Positions 1-10,734 of a stretch of DNA of 64,000 nt are shown in pieces; position 1 is the stretch's first letter, and each line of letters opens with the position of its first letter. Location of the stretch: the NCBI GenBank assembly GCA_965228855.1, contig CBDDIJ010000003.1, positions 352,001 through 416,000 of the forward strand. The letters run 5' to 3'. This DNA is from Candidatus Obscuribacterales bacterium. GTDB taxonomy: Bacteria; Cyanobacteriota; Vampirovibrionia; Obscuribacterales; Obscuribacteraceae. The position numbers and the translations under genes were made by a program. The notes under the pieces were generated by a model. That model had not been told where the DNA came from and ran no database searches. It was given only the letters and a program-made list of their open reading frames with translations.

Positions 1-1
1 G

Positions 2-325
2 TTCAATACACCTGTCGGCAATGATAAGGTAGAAACGCAGGCTCTCCAGTTTTACATCAAGGCTCAGGATTTAAGGCATCAGGGCAATCTCGCCCTTAGT
101 GAATTTTACTTAGAGAAGGCATTGGCGTCGTTTGATTTGCAAAAGAATCAGAGCGATTCAAAGTTCAGAAATGTCATTGAGGCGGACCTGAAAAGTCTTC
201 GTGAGCAGATTGAGATGCAGTCGGGAGCTGCGAAATCTCCGAGTGCGCCCGCAAGTGACCAGCAGTCTCTCGACGAACCGGGCGACAGTGCCGTGCCCGC
301 CGAACTGGACGCCTCTCAACATTGA
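2..325 (+). CDS. 3' end of a hypothetical protein (partial, runs off the window), possibly with a TPR-like helix
   Basis: Frame is open from position 2 to the TGA at 323-325 (FNTPVGNDKVETQALQFYIKAQDLRHQGNLALSEFYLEKALA...). Confidence 0.6.
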   Translation, partial: FNTPVGNDKVETQALQFYIKAQDLRHQGNLALSEFYLEKALASFDLQKNQSDSKFRNVIEADLKSLREQIEMQSGAAKSPSAPASDQQSLDEPGDSAVPAELDASQH

Positions 326-394
326 AAATCCATCTGGGTGGGGGCGGAATGCGAGAGTCCGGAGTTTCAGGCCCTGAAGTGATCCAGTTTCTGC

Positions 395-436
395 TCTGGT
401 CCTGGTTCAAATTCAGGTTCAGATTCAGATTCAGAT
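395..436. repeat. Degenerate 6-bp tandem repeat, 7 units
   Basis: tctggt cctggt tcaaat tcaggt tcagat tcagat tcagat, intergenic. Confidence 0.7.
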
Positions 437-515
437 TAATTCGAGATTCTTCGTCGCCAAATGTTCTCTCGGAGGGGCATAAGTAGCAATAGTTAGTCTC
501 TGGCAGGACGTTGGA

Positions 516-1472
516 ATGGACTCGGACTCGCCGCCCAAAAGCCCCGCGAAGCTGACCGTGTACGTTATGTATGCGGTTTGCGCGTTCGTTTGGGGGACCG
601 GCTGGTACGCCATCAGGCTTTGTGTGAGTGACGGCGGCTATCCTGTTTTCGGCGGTGCAGCTTTACGATACACTGTTGCAGCCTTAGCTCTAGGATTGAT
701 GGTTCCTTTATTTCCGAAAGCTTTTGGGGGACTTAAGCGCAATCAGGTACTGTGGTTGCTGCTGGCCGGAACCTTTAACGCGGCCGCTATTGCTCTTTTG
801 TACTGGGGTGAGAAAAGTATTTCTGGTGGACTGGCTTCGGTGCTAACCGCTACATCACCAATTATGGTGGCAGTCCTTGCATTCTTCACTAAAACGGAGC
901 GCATCACATCTGGTACCATAGCAGGCTTTTGTCTCGCTTTGGCCGGCATCGCAATGATCTTTGGCGAGCGACTTGTTATCTCGCCGAATCATGTTGTCTC
1001 GATGGTCTCAATTCTTGGTGCGGCACTTTTCTTTGCCCTTACGAATTTTACTGTGAAAGTAAAAGCTAAGGATGTAAAACCGATGCAGAGCTCTGTTTTC
1101 TTTTTCATATCCATGAGCTTGATATTCTGGCTCGCGTCACCTTGTGATGGGCCCGCGATGCCGTGGCCGCCGCCCGCCGCGCCAACTTACGCTCTACTGT
1201 ATCTCGGAATTGCTGGTTCCGCAGTTGCATTTCCGGCATTCTTCTATGTATTGCGGCATTCGTCATTGACGTTTGCGTCGACACTGGCCTTCGTTCATCC
1301 GGTTATTGCCTTGTTGACTGATAGTATGTTCGAGCATGAGTTCATGTTGACGATGAGCGCTTACTCTGGAATGAGCGTTGTTCTAGTGGGTGTGATACTG
1401 AGTATGGTGTCGAATAAAACCATAGGATTTGAACGAAAACGCGCGGTTGTTGCCGCGCGTTTAGATAGCTAG
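516..1472 (+). CDS. EamA/DMT family transporter
   Basis: 318 aa, about 10 hydrophobic helices in two repeats; VWGTGW and LAFVHPVIA motifs typical of EamA. Confidence 0.9.
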   Translation: MDSDSPPKSPAKLTVYVMYAVCAFVWGTGWYAIRLCVSDGGYPVFGGAALRYTVAALALGLMVPLFPKAFGGLKRNQVLWLLLAGTFNAAAIALLYWGEKSISGGLASVLTATSPIMVAVLAFFTKTERITSGTIAGFCLALAGIAMIFGERLVISPNHVVSMVSILGAALFFALTNFTVKVKAKDVKPMQSSVFFFISMSLIFWLASPCDGPAMPWPPPAAPTYALLYLGIAGSAVAFPAFFYVLRHSSLTFASTLAFVHPVIALLTDSMFEHEFMLTMSAYSGMSVVLVGVILSMVSNKTIGFERKRAVVAARLDS

Positions 1473-1506
1473 TCTTCTGTGAGGGAGTGCCCGTGAAGAT
1501 TGATTG

Positions 1507-2727
1507 CTAGTCGTCCGAGCCCTGGAGTTCGGTTTCTTCGAATGCTTCCCGTTGCGATTCTTCTGAAGATGCAGCGTTATTAGAATCACGTTTGGAAGCT
1601 TTGCGGCGCTCTCTTTGACTGCTTTTCGATTCTGCGTTTTTCTGCGCTTCCTCTTCTGCAATTTTGTGAGAAGCGTCCTTCATGTCGGTAATAACCAACT
1701 GATTCTCCGAATCGAGACCCAGGTCCAACTGCAAACGAATCTTGATTGCTTCTTCGCCTGGCGTCACCAGGTCTGCCGAAAGCTCGATGTCTGTTCTCTC
1801 ACTGCTTATTGGCTGTTGAACAATTTTATTGATCATCAGTGTTTGATCTTTCCGCAATTGCATGAGTTTGCTTCGCGAAAGCGGAAATCCCGTTTCTTCC
1901 CAGAATTTTTCCATCGTCTTCGAGTTCATTACTGCCATTGCGTGGATCTGTGAAGAACGGTATGTCTTCGGGTTGAAGTCGAGCATGTCGGCGACGAAGT
2001 TACGGACAAATTTGTCGACCTTGTCTGCAGCCATTGGTTCCATTTTTGCGGCTGCTCGTTGGGCAGCTTCTTTCGAATCGCCAGCGGCCTGTTGATTGGA
2101 CACTCCGGATGCCAGAGCGAAGACAACCGCAATCACTGCAATGAGTGCCAGAACGCTTCCGCCGCCAATCATGATTAGTTTGACAGGCAATTCTTTCTTT
2201 GGTTCTTCAAAAATAGACTCGGCTATCGGAGAAGATATCTCTTGCGACGTCGCCTTTGCCTTGCGTTTGCGCCACGGCTGTTTTACTTCGTCCCAGTCGA
2301 GGGGGCCATCCTCATCGCGTCCGTCGGGTGACTCACCATATATGGTGCTCAAGGCTGCTTGAGCCGGTGTCATTATTGGAGTATCCGATGGTTCCGGCGT
2401 GGATTGCTGTTGACGCTCAACAACATCTCTTACAAAGTAATCGCCGCGAACAGCTCCGATAGTTTCAACCGAATCGCTGAGAACGCGCGACAGTTGAACA
2501 GATTCATCTTGTGTGAGGATTACCTGACTGGAGGGAGGAGTGCCGATTCTTCGTTTTACGGATAGCGAAATGCGATCGTCGACTTTCTTGAGCACGACCA
2601 GATAACCAGACTGTGTTTCGACGACTCGAGCACTGGTGACTGGTGACAGTGCGACCAAGTCTGGCTCTGCGAGTAATTGTCCGGTTTGATCGCCTGCAAA
2701 TGCGGGATAATCTTCTGAGTAGGTCAC
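1507..2727 (-). CDS. Hypothetical single-pass membrane protein
   Basis: 406 aa ORF with a central TM helix (LIMIGGGSVLALIAVIAVVFAL) and a charged tail. Confidence 0.7.
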   Translation of the reverse strand: MTYSEDYPAFAGDQTGQLLAEPDLVALSPVTSARVVETQSGYLVVLKKVDDRISLSVKRRIGTPPSSQVILTQDESVQLSRVLSDSVETIGAVRGDYFVRDVVERQQQSTPEPSDTPIMTPAQAALSTIYGESPDGRDEDGPLDWDEVKQPWRKRKAKATSQEISSPIAESIFEEPKKELPVKLIMIGGGSVLALIAVIAVVFALASGVSNQQAAGDSKEAAQRAAAKMEPMAADKVDKFVRNFVADMLDFNPKTYRSSQIHAMAVMNSKTMEKFWEETGFPLSRSKLMQLRKDQTLMINKIVQQPISSERTDIELSADLVTPGEEAIKIRLQLDLGLDSENQLVITDMKDASHKIAEEEAQKNAESKSSQRERRKASKRDSNNAASSEESQREAFEETELQGSDD

Positions 2728-3494
2728 TGTTGTTTCCTCTTAACTCACGAGTTTGCGAACCGATTAATGTCAACTCATATATAGGTCCAGGATATACAGT
2801 GTACAACCAGACTCTTGATTTGTCCTGAAAAATGACTGAGGATGAGGGCTAACGAGCACTTTTGATCCTTCTAAACGCTTCTGTCCGGCGCCATTTGGCA
2901 AGTTCAGTTTGCTTACATTTAGCGAAACAAAAGAGATTCTGCGTCCGGGTAAGTATTAGCGGGAGTTCATGAATTGCGATGTCTTCCGTTGGGCAGGCAC
3001 CACCGGTGATGGCGCTGGAAAGCCAAGAGTCGCATCCCGACGGTTTCTTGGCTGTAACACTAAAAGGTTCTGCACTGCGCTGTTCCTCAAATGTTCACTT
3101 CAAGCCAATGCGGGTCAGGGTTTATGGCACCGATCTCGAACAAATGTGCGATTAATCGATTGTTGACGTAAACGAGACCCTCGCAATGTTTCGCATCGTG
3201 GTTAAACCACTTGAAGAAACGCACGACTTGATAACGATACCGCATCGATGGTTTCTTCAAGGCCGTGGAGAGATGTCCTCGTTGGAAAGTGGCTACAGGA
3301 CAACAGTTTCAACCTTAGGGACAACAAAGTTCCATGTAGAAGGATTTAGATCGGATCTAGAACTGTTTGGAATCAAGTTCAAGAAATTACGTCAAGCTCG
3401 GAAAAGTGTAATAGAGAAGTTGCCGCAAACGTAAGCGCTGCAAGAGTTTTCCTGGAACCCTTGTCCTCGGCTTAACAGCGGACTGGAGTGACTT

Positions 3495-4160
3495 ATGCAG
3501 TACAAAAGATCTAAAAGAGAAACCTTGCACTACTTTTGCATTCTGGCACTGGCTCTTTTTTTAGCGCCGACATTCGCTAATGGTGCGGCGTTTGCAGCCG
3601 ATGCTGCCGACGAGAGCAAAGCCGCAGCTGAAGAGGCGAAGACGGCGCAAGATGAAGTGAAGAAAGCGGATGACCAGGCCAAGAAGGCCGAGGACCAGGT
3701 GAAAAAGGCTGAGGAGCAAGCTGAAAAGGCTGCCGACGAAGCTAAAAAAGACGCAGTGGATGCGAAAAAGGCTGTTGACAAAAAGTCGAGTCGAAAAGGA
3801 AAAGTCTTCAAAGGCATTGCTTCATGGTACGGCAAAAAGTTTCACGGGCGAAAAACAGCTTCCGGAGTACGATTCGATGAGGATAAACTCACTTGCGCTC
3901 ATCGCACGCTTCCATTCGGCACGGAAATTTTGGTGATGAATCCCGCTACAGGGAAGGCGTGTACAGTCACTGTGACCGACCGCGGTCCGTATCACGGCAA
4001 GCGTATAATTGACTTATCGAAGGCTGCTGCGCGTAAACTTGGCATCACAGGCGTCGCGCAAGTTGTTTGCTCCACCGGCAAGTATATCGCCGATAAAGTG
4101 ACACCTGATAAAGACGTGCCTGTTAAGACTGCTAGCGCAGGAAGCAGTACGTCCAACTAG
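3495..4160 (+). CDS. rlpA: Septal ring lytic transglycosylase RlpA family protein
   Basis: Signal peptide, A/E/K coiled coil, then DPBB motifs GIASWYG, TASG, AHRTLPFGT, DRGP, IIDLS. SD-like GGAG upstream. Confidence 0.9.
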   Translation: MQYKRSKRETLHYFCILALALFLAPTFANGAAFAADAADESKAAAEEAKTAQDEVKKADDQAKKAEDQVKKAEEQAEKAADEAKKDAVDAKKAVDKKSSRKGKVFKGIASWYGKKFHGRKTASGVRFDEDKLTCAHRTLPFGTEILVMNPATGKACTVTVTDRGPYHGKRIIDLSKAAARKLGITGVAQVVCSTGKYIADKVTPDKDVPVKTASAGSSTSN

Positions 4161-4278
4161 CACAAATGTAGAAGTATAAGCGGATTGTGATCATCCTGCG
4201 ACAAGTAGCTTTGAGTGCGTTCGAAAGTGCTAAGTATTCGGGTGATACAAGTACGAAGAACTGATTGAGGAGGTTCCT

Positions 4279-4593
4279 ATGGCTGTGGGAGAGGCTAAAA
4301 GAGGTACGATGCCAGGATTAATCATCTTGAACGTCGTAATGTTCCTCGTGATTATTGCTGGTTTGGCGTACATTGGTCTGTCGAGACCAACAATGGACGA
4401 GCGCGCTACGCAGGAGGCTCGGGAGACTGTGCACTTTAAGCAAGAGCCCATTATTGCGCCGTCGATGAAACCTGATCCCAGCACGTCGAACAACATATTA
4501 TTGAATAACCCTATCAATACAAGCGGTACTGTGACTTCTGGACCTGTGCCAGACAGTGTGGCTGACGACGCCACCGCTGGAGCCACCAAGTAG
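4279..4593 (+). CDS. Small hypothetical membrane protein
   Basis: GAGGAGG RBS before the ATG; N-terminal TM helix. Confidence 0.75.
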   Translation: MAVGEAKRGTMPGLIILNVVMFLVIIAGLAYIGLSRPTMDERATQEARETVHFKQEPIIAPSMKPDPSTSNNILLNNPINTSGTVTSGPVPDSVADDATAGATK

Positions 4594-4667
4594 GGCAAAC
4601 ATAAATACACAATACTGAGGCTAACTTAGTTATACACTGGTTATGCCGAGAGCAATTTGTTTTCTAA

Positions 4668-4729
4668 ACAGACAGAGAGACCAAATATTCGGTCTCTCTG
4701 TCTGTGTCGAACGGAGAAAATTTTCTCCG
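4668..4729. terminator. Likely terminator region between convergent genes (two inverted repeats)
   Basis: Perfect 15-bp stem acagacagagagacc/ggtctctctgtctgt (4668-4705), then palindrome cggagaaaattttctccg (4712-4729) and a T-rich tail. Confidence 0.7.
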
Positions 4730-4767
4730 GTTCTTTTGTTGATCTAATTTCGTTGATTTATCAAAAG

Positions 4768-5163
4768 CTACTCGGATTCCTTTTTTCTTTTCGCTGCTGA
4801 TGCTTTACCTCCTTTGCGACCGGCGGCAACTTTCTTTTCGTGGGTGGTCTTGGAGCTGGAAGATTTTTTTGAACTGGTTGATTTTCGAGTGCTCGATTTC
4901 TTTGCACCGGTGTTGGTGCCATTGCGTTTTCTTGTGGCGGCAGCATTTCTTGCCGACGACTTGCGAGCTTCTGATTTCTTCTTCGTTGAGGTCTTGCTTC
5001 CTGAGCCGCCTTTCTCGCCCCCTCCGGATTGTTTGTTGACTGTTGCCCAGGCTCGTCTTTCCGCTTCTCCCTCGCTCACCCCTTTGTCTTCGTAACTTTC
5101 CTCGATGTGCTCCGCTTTGCGTTTTTGCTTGTCGGAATACTTATCTTTATCGCCTCTCGCCAT
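4768..5163 (-). CDS. Small basic stress-associated protein (ChaB-like / 'plasmid stabilization' type) with Lys/Ser-rich tail
   Basis: MARGDKDKYSDKQKRKAEHIEESYE...AERRAWATVNK family signature. ATG at 5163 follows a GAGGAGG RBS. Confidence 0.8.
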   Translation of the reverse strand: MARGDKDKYSDKQKRKAEHIEESYEDKGVSEGEAERRAWATVNKQSGGGEKGGSGSKTSTKKKSEARKSSARNAAATRKRNGTNTGAKKSSTRKSTSSKKSSSSKTTHEKKVAAGRKGGKASAAKRKKESE

Positions 5164-5377
5164 GGTGACTTCCTCCTCATAGTTTACGATTCTTGCCTGC
5201 CGAGACGGTGGCGAAGCGCGCTGAGTTCCAATTACGTGTAGAAAGTGTGATCTGCTTGAACTCAGTCTGGAGTGGAACATTGAGGGAGGCTTTGCGTCCC
5301 CGAAGCAGAACGAGATGAAGCGTACATCCTGTTTTTTCACTTCAGTAACTGTAATTCGGGTAAGGAAGGATTTCGCA

Positions 5378-7063
5378 ATGCTAAACGACTACGATCGGAA
5401 AAGACATTTTGAAGATACACCTGAACCAAAAGGCAACAGAGCGAAGGCCGCGAGTCATAAACGTAAATCTCTGGAGTTCGTCGTGCAAAAGCATTCGGCT
5501 AGCCGGTTGCATTTTGATTTTCGTCTGGAAGTCGATGGAGTGTTAGTATCATGGGCGGTGCCAAAGGGGCCCTCTCTAAATCCAGTCGACAAACGCCTGG
5601 CCGTTCATGTGGAAGATCATCCGTGGGAGTACCGTAAATTTGAAGGTATTATTCCAGCCAAGCAGTACGGAGCAGGAGAGGTGATTGTTTGGGACAAAGG
5701 CACATATGAGCCTGTCGAAGGAAGCGATGAGGATGTTGAAACTCAGCAGAAAATCGTCCGGGAAGGTTTGAAGTCCGGAAAATTGTCGATCGAACTTCAC
5801 GGCGAAAAACTGAAGGGTGTTTTTGCTCTTGTTGAAACTAAAGGACGCGGCAAAAACAACTGGCTTTTAATTAAAAAGGACGATGATTTTGCTGACCCTG
5901 ACGCCAATGTGTCTTTAGACAGTAAGTCCGTTCTATCTGACTTTACGCTTGATGAATTGCAGATCAAGAGCGGAAAAAGGAAGGCGTCCACTTCTAAAAC
6001 GCAATCAAAAACGGGCATCTCTAAAAAGCCATCTAAGAAAGCGATGCCGAAAGAGGAAAAGGGCACAAAAGCGAAAAGGTCTTCGACTCGGGAGAACCTT
6101 AGTCGAAAAAAGCCGTCAAGCCGGCACGAAAAAATGCCGGCTCGCGTCGAACCAATGTTCACAAAGACAGCTGAGGAGCCTTTCTCCAAAGCTGGCTGGA
6201 TATACGAACCGAAGCTCGACGGTATCAGATCAATTGCCTATATAAAGGAATCGGAAGTTCAATTGATTTCACGTCGCGGAATAAATCTTACGGAGCGCTA
6301 TCCATTGATTGAAAAGTCGCTTGAAGAAAACGAAGATGACATTATCCTCGATGGAGAAATTACGGCAATTGATTCGCAGGGAAGACCCTCGTTTCAGCTG
6401 TTGCAACGAGCGGGTCAAACTAGCCATACAGAGGGACTGCGAATTGTTTTCTATGTGTTTGACGTACTCTATGCAGATGGCCGCAATCTTGTCGATCAAA
6501 CCTTGAGCACGCGTCGACGGATTCTACGGCAAAAACTCAAGCAATCTGACGTCGTCAAAATAGTAAACGACCTGGGTTCTGATGGTCTCAAAGCATTTCA
6601 GGCTTGTGTAGATATCGACCTGGAAGGTATCGTCGCTAAGAAGCTTGACAGCGTTTATAAACCCGGCACGCGGACTGCAGATTGGTTAAAAGTCAAATCC
6701 TTCAAAAGCTCGGAGCTACTGATCTGCGGATATAGCAAGGGCGCAGGCTCGCGCAGCGATCAATTTGGAGCGCTCCTGTTGGGATATTTTGATGACCACG
6801 GTGAACTCACCTACGCGGGCTCTGTAGGAACAGGCTTCAACTCCAACATTATGCGAGAACTGCTTCGCGTTATGAAACCGCTTGAACGCAAGACAAGCCC
6901 GTTCGGCCTGAAAACCGGCAAGAAGAGGGACGTGACCTGGCTGACACCGAAATTGGTGGCAGAGATCAAATTTTCCGAGTGGACGGCTGACGGTTTGTTG
7001 CGTATACCGGTGTTTCTACGCCTTCGTGAAGACATAGAACCCTCCACTGTCGTGCGTCGATGA
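5378..7063 (+). CDS. ligD: NHEJ DNA ligase D (phosphoesterase + ATP-dependent ligase domains; no polymerase domain)
   Basis: PE motifs FVVQKH..RLHFDFRLE, SWAVPKGP, VEDHP; ligase motifs EPKLDG, EGIVAKK, WLKVK, VGTGF. ATG 5378 follows AAGGAAGG. Confidence 0.92.
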   Translation: MLNDYDRKRHFEDTPEPKGNRAKAASHKRKSLEFVVQKHSASRLHFDFRLEVDGVLVSWAVPKGPSLNPVDKRLAVHVEDHPWEYRKFEGIIPAKQYGAGEVIVWDKGTYEPVEGSDEDVETQQKIVREGLKSGKLSIELHGEKLKGVFALVETKGRGKNNWLLIKKDDDFADPDANVSLDSKSVLSDFTLDELQIKSGKRKASTSKTQSKTGISKKPSKKAMPKEEKGTKAKRSSTRENLSRKKPSSRHEKMPARVEPMFTKTAEEPFSKAGWIYEPKLDGIRSIAYIKESEVQLISRRGINLTERYPLIEKSLEENEDDIILDGEITAIDSQGRPSFQLLQRAGQTSHTEGLRIVFYVFDVLYADGRNLVDQTLSTRRRILRQKLKQSDVVKIVNDLGSDGLKAFQACVDIDLEGIVAKKLDSVYKPGTRTADWLKVKSFKSSELLICGYSKGAGSRSDQFGALLLGYFDDHGELTYAGSVGTGFNSNIMRELLRVMKPLERKTSPFGLKTGKKRDVTWLTPKLVAEIKFSEWTADGLLRIPVFLRLREDIEPSTVVRR

Positions 7064-7615
7064 CGAACTATATAGCAATACGGAACTAAGCATGTTACGA
7101 GCTTCTTGACAATTTGATATTGCAGATTAAGCTCCAATTAAACTAGTTGCCATGCAGGCAATGTTCCCGAAATCGCCGTCATTCGGGTGGTTTGGGGATT
7201 GGTATCAGCAGTTAAACTGTCTTAACAAGGTGCGCACAGAGCCAATTGCGCACTTATACTAGCCTTAAGCCGTTGCAAAGCGACGTGCTTGTATTGTTGT
7301 TTGCCTGGGCGTTTGGAGTTTTTGAAGTTCAAGCTATACGCAAAAATTGCATCTGAGTAATGCAAATATAAAGGAACTGTTTAGAAACCCCTTGTTGACG
7401 ACCTTCGCACATACGATAGTTTCACAGCTGGTGAATCGCCACAGAGCGCTCCCCCCGATAAATAGGTCCCTACCGCCTGGGACAGAAGTCACTAAACAAA
7501 CGGGTTAGAGCTATCTCATCGAACAGTCCAGCGGCAGTTTTCTTTTGAGATTTTTTCCTGGCAGAAAAAATTGTTGGCTAACCCTGCGCTCTCTTAAATG
7601 AGAAGAGGATCCCTA

Positions 7616-8632
7616 ATGGCTAAAGCAAAGTCCACTGAAGAAAGAACAGTTCGTGGAATGCTCGTCGAAGACGAGAACGTCGCGAAGAGAAATGAGATGG
7701 AAGAACTCGATCTCATGGATGACGACCAATTCACGATTCTGGATGACGAAGAGGACAAATTTGACGACGATGAAGAAGTTGTTGAACTGCCTTCATCGCG
7801 TGAAATCGCGACGGAAGACTCAGTCCGCCTGTACCTTCGCGAAATCGGTCGAATCCAGCTATTGAAGCCGGATGAAGAGATCGAACTGGCTCGTAAAATT
7901 CTGCAAGGCGATATGATGGCCAAGCGGAAGTTGGTTCAAGCCAACCTTCGATTGGTAGTTTCAATCGCTAAGAAGTACATCGGAAGAGGACTTTCGTTCC
8001 TTGACCTGATTCAAGAAGGTAACCTCGGTTTGATTCGTGCATCGGAAAAGTTCGATCACGAGCGCGGTTACAAGTTCTCAACCTATGCGACCTGGTGGAT
8101 CAGACAGGCAATCACACGCGCCCTGGCTGACAAATCGAGAACCATTCGCGTTCCCGTACACATGGTTGAAACCATCAACAAATTGAAAAAGGTCACGCGT
8201 CAACTGGCACAAGAGTTGAACCGTAAACCTACGGAACAAGAACTTGCGGCCTCGATGGATGTGTCTATCGTAAAACTGCATGAGATCATCAAAGCAGCTA
8301 AAGAACCAATTTCTCTGGAAACACCGATCGGAAAGGAAGAAGATTCCAGACTCGGCGACTTCATTGAAGATGCTGAGACAGATCGTCCGGAGACGACAGT
8401 CACGCATGAGCTTCTTCGTCAAGATCTGGCAAAGATGCTGAATGAGCTGACTCCCCGTGAGCGAGATGTTTTGAGACTGCGTTTCGGTTTGGACGACGGT
8501 CGTCAACGGACGCTTGAAGAAGTTGGACAACTGTTCAACGTGACTCGTGAGCGTGTACGTCAAATAGAGTTCAAAGCGCTTAGAAAGTTGAGACAGCCAG
8601 GTCGCTCGTCGAGACTTCGGGAGTATCTTTAG
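7616..8632 (+). CDS. rpoD: RNA polymerase sigma-70 factor, RpoD/SigA type
   Basis: [51 protein letters not shown] and [16 protein letters not shown] motifs. Confidence 0.95.
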   Translation: MAKAKSTEERTVRGMLVEDENVAKRNEMEELDLMDDDQFTILDDEEDKFDDDEEVVELPSSREIATEDSVRLYLREIGRIQLLKPDEEIELARKILQGDMMAKRKLVQANLRLVVSIAKKYIGRGLSFLDLIQEGNLGLIRASEKFDHERGYKFSTYATWWIRQAITRALADKSRTIRVPVHMVETINKLKKVTRQLAQELNRKPTEQELAASMDVSIVKLHEIIKAAKEPISLETPIGKEEDSRLGDFIEDAETDRPETTVTHELLRQDLAKMLNELTPRERDVLRLRFGLDDGRQRTLEEVGQLFNVTRERVRQIEFKALRKLRQPGRSSRLREYL

Positions 8633-8670
8633 CTGAGATGAACTAACTCAGTTGAATTGAATTCAAATTT

Positions 8671-8702
8671 GAACCCGGGTCGGAAGGCTCGGGTTTAATT
8701 TT
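8671..8702 (+). terminator. Intrinsic terminator after rpoD
   Basis: aacccgggtc-ggaa-ggctcgggtt hairpin (G-U pairs) followed by taatttt. Confidence 0.7.
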
Positions 8703-8816
8703 GTCCTCTGTAGTTTGAGAAGCCAATATCGTTATTGATCAGCGAAGCATCTTTTTTCACCTCAATCGCCGCTTTCCTTTTCGTGTGCTAAAGAAAGCGT
8801 ATCGGAGGATTCTTTT

Positions 8817-9155
8817 ATGGACGATAAAAAAGATAGTTGCAAGAGAGCAGAAGAAGAAAAAGTGGTAACTGCTGCACTCGGTGGCCATGAGCCGGAACAG
8901 TTCAGCACCGAAGGGTATGAAAAGAGTGATCATTCCGATTCCGATTGCTGCCAACAAAAGAATGCGGATTCGGAGGGGCACATCGATAAGCTCACTGGAC
9001 AGTGCGACAGTGACGATCGCCAGTCAACGTACGTCGACGATAAAGAGTATCTGGCTAGCAGCGGTGGCGGCCGGTCGTTTCAATACGCCGATGAGCTGAC
9101 TAATGAGGATGAGGAAAAGTCCAAGTCGGCTGTCGCAAAAGAAGAAAGCTCCTAA
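8817..9155 (+). CDS. Small acidic hypothetical protein
   Basis: GGAGG RBS before the ATG; 112 aa, D/E-rich. Confidence 0.6.
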   Translation: MDDKKDSCKRAEEEKVVTAALGGHEPEQFSTEGYEKSDHSDSDCCQQKNADSEGHIDKLTGQCDSDDRQSTYVDDKEYLASSGGGRSFQYADELTNEDEEKSKSAVAKEESS

Positions 9156-9507
9156 CTTGGACTTTCAAGGAACGTTCGTTTCAACGTGTTGGCCGCTGAT
9201 TTAGAAGCCAATTGACCGTTTTACTTTTGTTCATTACTGTTCCGCACCTACCTTCTTGAAGTTGCGATGGAACCTGATTTCAGTTTTCGCTGTGATACTA
9301 TTGGCGGTGCCCTCAGGTGCTAACCTCGCCGAGGTCGGTGGTGTTGAGGAAAGTCGCTTGCTTCGCCGTAAGCGTCAACAGAGGTGGATCTTCGTTGAGT
9401 TAGAGGTTGTGATTCAGGGCAGCTGTGTTATAGTTTGATATAAGTCTATACGCGACACGCTTCTGGTTTTATTCTGCAAGCCTCAAGTGCACAAAGAGGT
9501 TTTCTTT

Positions 9508-9993
9508 ATGAACAGAGATAAGCCGGTTCAAAAATGTTGTCCAACAGATTTCGTACTCCAAACTCTAAGCACGCGCTGGACACTTCCGCTTATTAAGGCG
9601 CTGGCGAAAGGACCTTTGCGACCGTCTGAGCTCACGAAGAAGCTGGACGGCATCAGCGCTAAGTCTCTCACCCAGCGGCTGAGGGAATTGGAGAGCGTGG
9701 GACTTTTGACGAGAACAGCCTACCAGGAAATTCCGCCGCGAGTTGTTTATGAATTGACTGACCGCGGTTTAGACGTCCTGTACGTTTTGGATGCGCTGGA
9801 AGATCTGGGAAAAAGTTGGCAGCGTGCTATACCTGGATATTCGCAGTGGACAAATATAGACCAATGCATGCACTGCTACGCGCATCTCTCGGACGACGTA
9901 GTGCCCAAGACTTCCACAGACGAGCACGAAAATTTCGGACAAGAAGAGGGTGATGAGCAGCTCGAAATGTCTACCTCAAGAACTCATACTTAG
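9508..9993 (+). CDS. HxlR (DUF24) family winged-helix regulator
   Basis: CCP..., RWTLPLI, GISAKSLTQRLRELE, EIPPRVVYELT motifs. ATG 9508 follows GAGG. Confidence 0.9.
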   Translation: MNRDKPVQKCCPTDFVLQTLSTRWTLPLIKALAKGPLRPSELTKKLDGISAKSLTQRLRELESVGLLTRTAYQEIPPRVVYELTDRGLDVLYVLDALEDLGKSWQRAIPGYSQWTNIDQCMHCYAHLSDDVVPKTSTDEHENFGQEEGDEQLEMSTSRTHT

Positions 9994-10086
9994 TGCGACC
10001 ATCGCAGTAAAAACACCATCTGTCTTTACATGAAGGTTGCGTCTCAGAATGCCGTCCTCTCGGTTTCCACCGTTTAAACAAGCTAA

Positions 10087-10389
10087 TTAGTAGATTACCG
10101 GGGTGTAGAAGTTGAGCGTTCTCAAGTCTGTCTTTCCTGTATTGCGGATTTCGTGAGTTTCACCCTCAGCAATTTGAAGTAGTGTTCCACGCTTGAGCGA
10201 CACTGTTTGGCCTTCAACGGTGGCAGCGCCGCTGCCTGAAATTACATACAGCCACTGATCGGCTTTATGTTTATTGTCAGGTCCGCCTTCCTTATCGCCC
10301 GGCTTTATAACCATGGAGGCGACTTCCGATCGCTTAGTTCGCGATAGTACTGTGAACCCTTTTTTCGGATCTAGTTGCAATTTGTCCAT
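10087..10389 (-). CDS. Cupin domain protein
   Basis: GGPDNKHKADQWLYVISGSG...GETHEIRNTG cupin motifs. Confidence 0.85.
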   Translation of the reverse strand: MDKLQLDPKKGFTVLSRTKRSEVASMVIKPGDKEGGPDNKHKADQWLYVISGSGAATVEGQTVSLKRGTLLQIAEGETHEIRNTGKTDLRTLNFYTPVIY

Positions 10390-10734
10390 AAAAACTGTTT
10401 CGAGTAGTGGCGTCTACGATATCGTTGACGAAGCAAAAGTCTAGAAGATGCGTCACCTTGTTGCCAGTTGACCAACCCGACTTGAATCCTCTTATGTAGG
10501 ATATTGCTGAGTCGAGTGTGGTGAATTCAAAGATGATGCCATCATGCTTAAAGACCCAGACCGACGGTTTCAATTCACTCAGTTGATATCGGGACATCGG
10601 TGCAGCCTCCGAGATAGAAACTTTTAGTATCTTAATGGCACATGTTTGATAAACCAATGCAGCTCGGCGATGCCGCGATCGCAATTTCAATTATCAGTTG
10701 TTCGATCAACATGAGTATATGAATTGGATAGCGC

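Noticed and set aside
3186..3434. 82-aa ORF and possible riboswitch upstream of rlpA
   Set aside because: No RBS or recognisable domain, and I could not match the c-di-AMP or c-di-GMP riboswitch consensus.
7064..7615. 550-bp rpoD upstream region as an ncRNA
   Set aside because: Only a plausible promoter (TTGACG-16-TAGTTT near 7395-7422) and short hairpins; long sigA leaders are common.
10334..10690. 118-aa minus-strand ORF between the cupin and ROK genes
   Set aside because: It overlaps the cupin start and has no recognisable motif. A shorter version may be real but cannot be supported.
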